Assembly (NCBI RefSeq): GCF_900083515.1 | Contig: NZ_LT671858.1 | Location: forward strand, 360,001 to 392,000 | Origin: Cuniculiplasma divulgatum | GTDB taxonomy: Archaea; Thermoplasmatota; Thermoplasmata; Thermoplasmatales; Thermoplasmataceae | DNA length: 32,000 bases | Direction of reading: 5' to 3' | Shown here: positions 24,773 through 32,000 of the stretch, piece by piece | Numbering within the stretch: the stretch's first letter is position 1 | Layout of the letters: the number at the start of each line of letters is the position of its first letter | The notes under the pieces: generated by a model | Databases searched by the model: none | What the model saw: only the letters and a program-made list of their open reading frames with translations | Told to the model about the DNA's origin: nothing | Position numbers and translations under genes: made by a program

Positions 24773-26500
24773 ATGGCTGGCAGCAGAAATCAGGATGAGG
24801 AAGAAATAAGAATATTCTCATCTTTTTTCACGATACTCAAGGTTGAAAGGGATAACAACATCCTTACTTTCAAAATACCTGAAAGTGAGTACAGCAGCAA
24901 AAAATTCGAGCAACTTTACAATGCCATGAAAGAAAGAGGGTTTTATTCATATACAAATGGAAAAGGGGAGATCATTTCTTTCAAGAAGGTAAATAACAAA
25001 AATAGAACATACCTGAAATTTCTACTTATAATCCTTACGATTCTATCCATAATATATGCAGGTTATTCATATTCAAACAGTTATTATTCCGGGATGAGAC
25101 CTATTTCGATCTTATCACTGAGCATCCTTTACTTCGTTCTTCCAGTGATATCAATTCTCATAATGAGGGAATTACCGAAATATCTTATCATGAAGAGCAG
25201 GAAGCAGAAATACTCTATACCTCTTTTTGTCCCAAACCCATTTCTGATGGGAACAATGGGAATAATAAATGCACCTGATGAACCCTATATGAATTCCGAT
25301 GATGAAATCCTGGCAGGGTTCTTTTCCCTCGTTACGGGTTTCATAATTTCAACTATTTTTCTAACCGTGGGATATCTCGGTTTATCATTATACACAGGTG
25401 CCAGCTATGTTACAAATGGAACAACAAGCATTATAAACATACCACTTCTCATCCAGATGATTACAGGTCATCTCATACCAAATTCTGGATTTCTGGACCC
25501 TATCAGCCTTGCAGGCTGGTCAGGGTTAATTTTCACATCATTCAATTCATTCCCAATTGGACTAATGGATGGTGGTATGATACTATCTGGATTTAACAGG
25601 TCTTTCAGAAAGAACGTTTCATATATTTTCATTACAATAATGATATTTATTTCTTTTACGTATCTTGCATGGTTGATTCTCCCAATGTTCCTTGCATTTC
25701 TTGGTATGGGAACAATTGAGCCAGTAGATACAAATTATCTGAGGGCGAGTAAGAAGGCATTTGTGGCCATAGGGATAGCAATGGCTCTTGCCATTATAGG
25801 CCTCACTCCCTATCCACTTCACCTATCCAGTCCAGAAATGGGCGTATTCTACAACGAACAGTGGGATGTTTCTTTGAACGGCTCTCACTCCATGAGCTAT
25901 TATGATATCATCATATCAAATTATGGTCAGAATAGCATTAATCCGGGGTTTTCCGTGTCACCTGCAATGGGAATATCAATCTCAACAAATAACACTCTTA
26001 TAAAACCGGGGGAGATGAATACTTTCCATATTGGAATAAATACAACATCCGCTCCGGCCGGTTTAAACCGCGCTGATCTGAGGATCTATGTGGGCAGTTC
26101 CGATAGATCTATCTCTCTTATATTTTTTAAAATTGATCCAGCAGAAAATATAGAGATGCAGTATCCTTCAGCTTCCATATCTAACAGGACGGCATTTATA
26201 GAAAATGTGACAGTATATAACACTGTAAATGCGAATGTTTCTGAGAATATCCTAATTGGTGCGCCTCAAAGCTGGCATTACGATGTACTTGTTAGCAACA
26301 CCACAAGGTTCACAAATTCTGTGCCACTGGAACAGAATGGATCCTATAGTTTTGGTACCTACCAGATCCAAAAGCCAACTCAGAATGGTCCAAGCTTTTT
26401 AAGTATCAGAATTTATTCAAAGTATCTGCCTGAATCGAACATTTATTTTGCTGTTTATAATAGCACTTATTACGGAAAAATGATGATGATGGAGAAGTGA
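24773..26500 (+). CDS. M50/site-2-protease-like polytopic membrane protein lacking the HExxH motif, with a sequon-rich C-terminal extracytoplasmic domain
   Basis: The S2P-like core is recognisable (..ILIMRELPKYLIMKSRKQKYSIPLFVPNPFLMGTMGIINAP... and FNSFPIGLMDGG). The position of HExxH reads RELPK, and no HExxH occurs anywhere in the 575 aa. The last ~215 aa carry 9 N-x-S/T sequons. Confidence 0.7.
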   Translation: MAGSRNQDEEEIRIFSSFFTILKVERDNNILTFKIPESEYSSKKFEQLYNAMKERGFYSYTNGKGEIISFKKVNNKNRTYLKFLLIILTILSIIYAGYSYSNSYYSGMRPISILSLSILYFVLPVISILIMRELPKYLIMKSRKQKYSIPLFVPNPFLMGTMGIINAPDEPYMNSDDEILAGFFSLVTGFIISTIFLTVGYLGLSLYTGASYVTNGTTSIINIPLLIQMITGHLIPNSGFLDPISLAGWSGLIFTSFNSFPIGLMDGGMILSGFNRSFRKNVSYIFITIMIFISFTYLAWLILPMFLAFLGMGTIEPVDTNYLRASKKAFVAIGIAMALAIIGLTPYPLHLSSPEMGVFYNEQWDVSLNGSHSMSYYDIIISNYGQNSINPGFSVSPAMGISISTNNTLIKPGEMNTFHIGINTTSAPAGLNRADLRIYVGSSDRSISLIFFKIDPAENIEMQYPSASISNRTAFIENVTVYNTVNANVSENILIGAPQSWHYDVLVSNTTRFTNSVPLEQNGSYSFGTYQIQKPTQNGPSFLSIRIYSKYLPESNIYFAVYNSTYYGKMMMMEK

Positions 26501-26504
26501 ACAT

Positions 26505-27560
26505 ATGAAGATAGGTTTCATGATAAATCCGAGAGCGGGTGAAGGTCTTTTTTACAGGACAAATGGATCAGATAGGTTAAGCACGAATTCAGATCAGAGC
26601 TATTCCATATCCAGAGCCATGAGATTTCTGGATAATCTGAACAGGTATTATGTTTTCCTGACTGCATCAGGAAATATGGGAGAGGATGCGCTATTGACTT
26701 CTGGGTTTGATAACGTGGAAGTCATATATAAACACGGGGAAGTTACAGATCGCCAGGACACCATTAATTTTGTTCGTGAAGCAGAAAAGAGATGTGATAT
26801 AATTCTGTTCGCAGGAGGAGATGGAACTGCTGGAGATATTCTATCTGTAAATCCTCAAATTCCTATTCTTGGAATTCCCGCAGGAATGAAGATGTACAGC
26901 TCTGTATTTGCCAAGGACCCAGAGGAGGCAGCAGAACTTCTGGATCAATTTGATTCAGGTAAAGCAGTCGTAGTAGATTCTCTCATAGAAGATGCAGATG
27001 AAGATAAAATGATGGAGGGAAAACTCCTGATTAAAAGAATTGGAACAGTCAGGTCAATATCATCTGAAACTCATTATCACGATCCAAAAATAGTTTCATA
27101 TGAATGGACAGAAGATAGTATTACAGAATATGTTAAGGATACCATGGATTCTTCCTATTACTTGATGGGGACTGGAACAACATGCAAGAGGATTATGGAG
27201 AATATGGGTATGAGTACATCAATGTTTTCAGTAGATCTCATTAAGGACAAAAAACTAATAAAAAGTAATTATTTTCCTGAAGATTTAGACAAATTTGTAA
27301 AGGAAGATGCAGAACTGAAAATAATTGTATCTCACTATGCAGGGAGTGGGTTCTTTCTGGGTAGAGGAAACAGACAGATCGACGCGAGGGCAATCAGGAG
27401 GGCCGGAAAAAAAAATATTATTATTATATCCTCCGAGACGAAATTATCAACAACAAAGGGATTAAGATTTGATGTGGATGGAATAAGTCCGGATTTTTTT
27501 GGAAAATATGTGAAAGTAATAGTAGGTTATGAAAGGTTTAGAATGATTCCGGTGCTTTAA
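26505..27560 (+). CDS. ATP-NAD kinase-like protein (COG3199 / AcoX-like family)
   Basis: Motifs IGFMINPRAG, SGNMGEDAL, ILFAGGDGTAGDI (the GGDGT motif) and ILGIPAGMKMYSSVFA, in 351 aa. It starts 4 nt after the upstream stop. Confidence 0.75.
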   Translation: MKIGFMINPRAGEGLFYRTNGSDRLSTNSDQSYSISRAMRFLDNLNRYYVFLTASGNMGEDALLTSGFDNVEVIYKHGEVTDRQDTINFVREAEKRCDIILFAGGDGTAGDILSVNPQIPILGIPAGMKMYSSVFAKDPEEAAELLDQFDSGKAVVVDSLIEDADEDKMMEGKLLIKRIGTVRSISSETHYHDPKIVSYEWTEDSITEYVKDTMDSSYYLMGTGTTCKRIMENMGMSTSMFSVDLIKDKKLIKSNYFPEDLDKFVKEDAELKIIVSHYAGSGFFLGRGNRQIDARAIRRAGKKNIIIISSETKLSTTKGLRFDVDGISPDFFGKYVKVIVGYERFRMIPVL

Positions 27561-27601
27561 TAATACAGTTTAAATGTCTAATTTTAATGGCTGTTGGTTA
27601 A

Positions 27602-29332
27602 ATGGAAAAAACATTTGCAGACCTTTCAAAATATGTTAAGAGATCACCGCCTTTCTGGTTATTGATAACTGTCCTTCTAATCATATTTTTCCTTGAATTT
27701 TTGAATTCAAGAAGTCTTTTAATGTCTTTTTTCATGATACCGGTTACCGCGGTTATTACAATAACAATAGACCAGATATTCTCAAAATATTTTAAATCTC
27801 ATCTCAATCTAAAGAAAAACCTCTTCCTCTTTGTGCTAACCTTCTTCATGTTCTTCATAATTTATATCATTCTTGACCTGATATTTCCTTTTTTTAGCAC
27901 ACAGAATATTGCCATTTCCCTTTCATTTGTTTCTTTCTTCAGATTTCTTGTGTTTTACGTCTACCTATCTGACAATGACAGGATCAACTATCTCAACTCT
28001 CTAAGCCTCACACTTTCATTTATACCATTTTTCCTGTTCTACGTTGATTATACAGTAATGGCTGAAGCCATCCTGTACAGTCTAATTTCAGCGTATCTTT
28101 CTTATTTCTTTGTTAACAGGGCAACATCTACTTTTAGAAGTGAGTTTCATGAGGAACCAAGACAGTTGATTAAATTCTTCCTTTATAGTGCAACAAGCAA
28201 GAAGTACTATGACGTTGGAGACAGATTCTTCAAAAGGATGTATTCAGAGCAGAGAACAGTTCCAGTGAATTTCATAAGAGTATTGAATGAAAAAGAAGAA
28301 AATGTTGTGACTATGGTGTTTCCATATATACATCCTGGACCATTTGGGTTGATTGGAACCAGTGATTTACCAGGAAGGTTGCAGGAGAGACTAACGGATC
28401 TAAATTCGGAATTCATGGTATTCCACACAAGTACAACAAACAATAACAACTGTTCAGGGAATGAGGACATAGATGCAATTGCGAACGCCATAAGGAATTC
28501 ATGGAATGGGATTTCCCAGTCAAAGATGATGTCACGAATCGTATCGTTGAAATCTTCAGGAATAATCCTTGATGGAATGAGATTTGGCAACTTTGGTTTC
28601 CTCGCACTCAATCCTGACAAGGTAAATTTTGATGATATACTTCTCACTGAAGGGGAAAAATTATGGAATTATATTGAAAAAGAATTCAATCTTCATTTCT
28701 CAATTCTGGACGGACAGAACAATTTTTCAAAAGGAGCAAAGGAGATAACTGATACCAATCCATATTTCAGATCTTCCTCAAAACTGGTTTCAAGAATGAA
28801 TGACAAGTACAGAGGAAAAGCAGGTTATTCTAGGAGCGTCTTGAATTTGAATTCTCTCGGAAAAATGGGAATACAGGCAATTGTATTTGATTATGGAGAT
28901 AAGAAAAATGCAATTCTCCTTACAGATTCTAACAATATAACTGGAGACCTTATGAAGGAAATAAGGGAAGGAGCAAAGCATATGGTCGATTACATTGCCA
29001 TATATACTACTGACAATCACATTGTGAATCAGGGATCACTAGATATGAATCCACTGGGTGAGAAAGACGATGTTGAAAGGATAAAAAATGTGGCAATTAA
29101 AGCTATTGAGGATGCAATTGACCATATTCAGGATGTATCGTTCGTATATGGGCACGTAGATGTAAATGTAAAAATGGGGAGTGAAGATTCATACAGAACA
29201 CTCATGAATACTGTTTTTGCATCCCTTAGGAAGGCAAAATATTATGCAGCATTTAGTGTTTCATTGACATTCCTAATTCCATTCATCCTTTCCATAACTG
29301 GATTCATTTACAAAATTCCCTTTATAAGATGA
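27602..29332 (+). CDS. Large archaeal membrane protein, DUF2070-like (assigned from memory of family architecture)
   Basis: 576 aa. The N-terminal ~170 aa form multiple TM helices, followed by a large soluble domain (FPYIHPGPFG..., HTSTTNNNNCSGNEDIDA, AIYTTDNHIVNQG) and a terminal TM helix. The CDS call is strong, but the family call is tentative. Confidence 0.6.
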   Translation: MEKTFADLSKYVKRSPPFWLLITVLLIIFFLEFLNSRSLLMSFFMIPVTAVITITIDQIFSKYFKSHLNLKKNLFLFVLTFFMFFIIYIILDLIFPFFSTQNIAISLSFVSFFRFLVFYVYLSDNDRINYLNSLSLTLSFIPFFLFYVDYTVMAEAILYSLISAYLSYFFVNRATSTFRSEFHEEPRQLIKFFLYSATSKKYYDVGDRFFKRMYSEQRTVPVNFIRVLNEKEENVVTMVFPYIHPGPFGLIGTSDLPGRLQERLTDLNSEFMVFHTSTTNNNNCSGNEDIDAIANAIRNSWNGISQSKMMSRIVSLKSSGIILDGMRFGNFGFLALNPDKVNFDDILLTEGEKLWNYIEKEFNLHFSILDGQNNFSKGAKEITDTNPYFRSSSKLVSRMNDKYRGKAGYSRSVLNLNSLGKMGIQAIVFDYGDKKNAILLTDSNNITGDLMKEIREGAKHMVDYIAIYTTDNHIVNQGSLDMNPLGEKDDVERIKNVAIKAIEDAIDHIQDVSFVYGHVDVNVKMGSEDSYRTLMNTVFASLRKAKYYAAFSVSLTFLIPFILSITGFIYKIPFIR

Positions 29333-30397
29333 CTGTCTTCTGAGGTATAGATCAAGCAGGGAGAGTGCTGTCACACATTTAACCACCGGGACAGCCCTTA
29401 TTGCTATGCAAGGATCATGCCTCCCCTGAACTCTTACGGTTGTATTATTCCAGTTTTTTATATCTACCGTTTCCTGTTCTTTTCTAATGGAAGAAGTGGG
29501 CTTGAATACAGTTCTAAATTCAATATCGTTTCCATAGGTTATTCCTCCAAGAATTCCACCGTTGTGATTTGACAGTGCCTTTACTTTTTCATCCTTCATA
29601 CGGAACAAATCATTGGATGTGCTTCCATTCATCCTTCCTAACTGGAATCCATCACCAAATTCAATGCCCTTAACTCCTGGGACAGAGAACATTAAGTGTG
29701 ATATGACCGACTCTACAGAATCAAAAAATGGTTCACCAATTCCAGCAGGAACATTTTTCACAACAGTCTTTACAATGCCACCGGTACTATCACCCTGGGA
29801 CTGTAAGTGTCTAATAAGTTCATCAGCCTTATCATCAGATACGGAATCCGGAATCCTTGACTTGGTTCCATAGACTTCCAAATCATCATAGAACCTGTCT
29901 TCCTTAATTCTTATATCTCCCATGCTCTGTAAATAGGATGAAATCTGGATGTCTTTTTCAGCAAGTAACTGGATTGCTATGGATCCTGCTGCAACCAGTG
30001 GTGCAGTCATTCTTCCTGAAAGAAAACCTCCGCCTGAATAATTTCTGAATGGTCCATACTTGAGAAACAGACTCAGATCTCCATGTCCTGGCCTGGGCCT
30101 TTCCCTTAACTCATCATAATGTCTTTCAATGACATCTTTGTTTCTTATAAGCATGGTAATTGGCCCTCCATCCGTGTAACTGTTATTAATTCCCGAAATA
30201 AACTCCACATTATCTGTTTCCTTTCTCTGGGTGGTAAGTGAACTCTGTCCAGGAGCCCTTCTTGTCATCCACAGATTAACAACATTCTCATCCACTTTGA
30301 AACCTGCGGGTATACCATCAAGAATGCAGCCTACTGAGGAACCATGGGAAGATCCAAATATTGAAATGGAAATTCTGTCCTTAAATGTAAAACTCAT
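29273..30397 (-). CDS. aroC: Chorismate synthase
   Basis: Motifs FGSSHGSSVGCILDGIPAG, RPRPGHGDL, GGGFLSGRMTA and GRHDPCIAIRAVPV, in 374 aa. Its non-conserved 20-aa tail overlaps the convergent upstream gene by 60 nt. Confidence 0.92.
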   Translation of the reverse strand: MSFTFKDRISISIFGSSHGSSVGCILDGIPAGFKVDENVVNLWMTRRAPGQSSLTTQRKETDNVEFISGINNSYTDGGPITMLIRNKDVIERHYDELRERPRPGHGDLSLFLKYGPFRNYSGGGFLSGRMTAPLVAAGSIAIQLLAEKDIQISSYLQSMGDIRIKEDRFYDDLEVYGTKSRIPDSVSDDKADELIRHLQSQGDSTGGIVKTVVKNVPAGIGEPFFDSVESVISHLMFSVPGVKGIEFGDGFQLGRMNGSTSNDLFRMKDEKVKALSNHNGGILGGITYGNDIEFRTVFKPTSSIRKEQETVDIKNWNNTTVRVQGRHDPCIAIRAVPVVKCVTALSLLDLYLRRQSSYKGNFVNESSYGKDEWN

Positions 30398-30465
30398 TAA
30401 GGAATGAAATACATATAGTCATAATAGACTTTTCACGGGTATCTAGGAGAGATAAACCCCCATCC

Positions 30466-31371
30466 TCAATTATTAGGGAGCCTTTTTCCCTCGACGGTTG
30501 AAATGAGCATCTCAAGTATCTTACCTCTTATTATTGATGGATCAATGGTGTTAAACTCTCCCTTTATTAGAATCACATATGTATTTAGAGTTGTTTCATC
30601 AATTGCCAGAAAAGGTTCGTTTTTTAACTCTGACATCTGTTTGAGGTTTTTCAGTATATCATCCTTCACAAGTTCAAACTTCAAATATTTTGGAATTTCA
30701 TATCTCACCTGTACAACTGGTGTTTTTGAAGTAATTCTATAGGCACCCTGTGTTAGGACATTATTCGCTATCTTTACTACTTCTCCTCCGTCTGTAACCA
30801 GAGTAGTATAATTTATGCTGATATCCTTTACCTTCCCAACAAATCCGTTGTTATAAAGGAAATCGCTCGAAAAATATTTTGGGGCTACCACTGCAAAGGA
30901 TATGCTAAATTGCCAGGCATGGATCCAGACCCTGTCACCTATCTTAAAGGGACGGGTGAGGATAAGAAGTAACCCTGCAAACTGATTAGCAAGAACACTC
31001 TGAGATGCAAGACCAATAACTGCAGCAAGGAACGTGCTTCCAAGTATGATTGATGAAATATCGATTCCGAAAGAAGCAATTACTGCCAGTGCTATTATGA
31101 AATATCCCACCATACGGACCATGAATACTATGGGGTGCAGTGTTGCCTCATCCATGAACCTTCCAAGGACCCTTCTTATGTATGTGAGCACAATTCTAAT
31201 AACAACATAGGAAATTATTGCTATAATCGCAGCATCAATGAACTTTGAATAAGCTGGAGGTATTATTTTCAATATTTGAGTTACAACAAAAACAACAATA
31301 AGAAGACCAGCAAGCAGGACGATTAGTGATCCCAGTGCAAGGAAACGGTCTTTTTGCTTCTTATTATCCAT
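30466..31371 (-). CDS. Small-conductance mechanosensitive channel (MscS family)
   Basis: Three N-terminal TM helices, then the pore-helix and beta-domain signature GLASQSVLANQFAGLLLILTRPFKIGDRVWI, in 301 aa. Confidence 0.82.
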   Translation of the reverse strand: MDNKKQKDRFLALGSLIVLLAGLLIVVFVVTQILKIIPPAYSKFIDAAIIAIISYVVIRIVLTYIRRVLGRFMDEATLHPIVFMVRMVGYFIIALAVIASFGIDISSIILGSTFLAAVIGLASQSVLANQFAGLLLILTRPFKIGDRVWIHAWQFSISFAVVAPKYFSSDFLYNNGFVGKVKDISINYTTLVTDGGEVVKIANNVLTQGAYRITSKTPVVQVRYEIPKYLKFELVKDDILKNLKQMSELKNEPFLAIDETTLNTYVILIKGEFNTIDPSIIRGKILEMLISTVEGKRLPNN

Positions 31372-31471
31372 CGCTGATTAATGCTTTTTTCCGTTAAATA
31401 CTTTTTAATGAAGAGTAATTTGTTAAAACACCCATATGAGTCCTCAATTGTGACAAACGAATATAAAGTAG

Positions 31472-32000
31472 TCAGGCTGTTTCTGGAAAGTATAACTTGG
31501 TTTTTCCATTCACAAATGGTCTTACTATGGTACCAACTTTAAGGCTATGGTAACCCATTACATGAATTATAACATTATTTTCACCACATATTCTGACTGC
31601 ATCCGGATGAATAATTCCACCCTTAATAGAATATTTTGTTGCCTCTTCATAGTCCATTTCACCAATGGGTGATATTGAACTGATCAGCCTTGGATCAGTT
31701 CTATAGATCCCATCAACATCCTTGAATAAAATAAGCTTATCTGCTCCGAATTTGACTGCAAGGACTGAAGCCACATAGTCACTGCTATTTCTTCCAGCTA
31801 TTGCAACCTTTCCAAATTCATCAAGTCCATAGAATCCAGTGGTTATTATTGTTTTTTTGCCGAGATATTCTTCTAATTTTTCATTTCGAAGTTGTATGGA
31901 TCTATCGAGATCAATTTTATTCACATCATCTACTCTCCTGATTAATATTCCAGTTTCTATGGAATCCATGTAAATCGCATCATAATGATCTTCCAAATAT
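31472..32000 (-). CDS. Aspartokinase-like amino-acid kinase, C-terminal part (5' end lies beyond the window)
   Basis: The reading frame is open to the window edge; the 'M' at 31996 in the track is a TTG. Motifs AGRNSSDYVASVLAVKFGADKLILFKDVDGIYRTDPR and MDYEEATKYSIKGGIIHPDAV match the aspartokinase catalytic domain. The protein ends about 20 aa after the domain. Confidence 0.75.
   Translation of the reverse strand, partial: YLEDHYDAIYMDSIETGILIRRVDDVNKIDLDRSIQLRNEKLEEYLGKKTIITTGFYGLDEFGKVAIAGRNSSDYVASVLAVKFGADKLILFKDVDGIYRTDPRLISSISPIGEMDYEEATKYSIKGGIIHPDAVRICGENNVIIHVMGYHSLKVGTIVRPFVNGKTKLYFPETA

Noticed and set aside
26477-26500. A run of ATG codons (MMMMEK) at the 3' end of the S2P-like gene, just before the next gene's start, considered as alternative starts or slippery sequence.
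   Set aside because: The run is in frame with the upstream gene and ends at its stop codon. The downstream gene has its own ATG at 26505. Nothing indicates recoding.
1-32000. A search by eye for tRNA (T-loop GGTTCRAATCC-like words), rRNA, CRISPR repeat arrays, long tandem repeats and IS elements.
   Set aside because: I found none. The only ggttcaag word (about 12112) has no surrounding cloverleaf complementarity. The only simple repeats are the (AT)6 TATA-like run at 12561-12573 and short homopolymers. No spaced direct repeats typical of CRISPR are present.

Overview
This is an AT-rich, gene-dense archaeal chromosomal segment. Archaeal hallmarks include TiaS, aEF-1beta, fibrillarin, Hel308, Trm5, archaeal cofactor-independent PGM and archaeal-type AlaRS. 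A Thermoplasmata-like euryarchaeon is only a guess from composition and gene content. About 29 kb is ordinary housekeeping, packed into long co-directional arrays with overlapping stop/start codons. A- and T-rich TATA-like boxes sit about 20-30 nt upstream of several start codons, which suggests leaderless or short-leader mRNAs. The minus-strand arrays are hel308-trm5-uppS-tiaS-AK6-like kinase-CDP-alcohol phosphatidyltransferase-...-serS and Zn-ribbon-EF1beta-GT2-phosphohexomutase. The plus-strand arrays are RibD-C-like reductase-ahcY-apgM, ORF92-flpA, and alaS-S2P-like-NADK-like-DUF2070-like. The one clearly accessory stretch is 11581-14754. It has a 1009-bp ORF-free, very AT-rich region, then an orphan two-gene cassette, then a 633-bp ORF-free region, all between divergent housekeeping genes. 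The cassette encodes a signal-peptide-bearing, Trp/Tyr-rich, glycine-zipper protein whose stop overlaps the start of a small 3-TM protein. This is my best candidate for something undescribed (toxin/immunity-like or surface module), but the function is pure inference. Other points worth a second look are an M50/S2P homologue whose HExxH motif reads RELPK, a 92-aa ORF where nop5 normally sits upstream of fibrillarin, an aspartokinase-like gene with no ACT domains, and a sub-threshold 55-aa 4xCxxC zinc-ribbon gene missing from the ORF track. I saw no rRNA, tRNA, CRISPR array or recognisable transposase/integrase.
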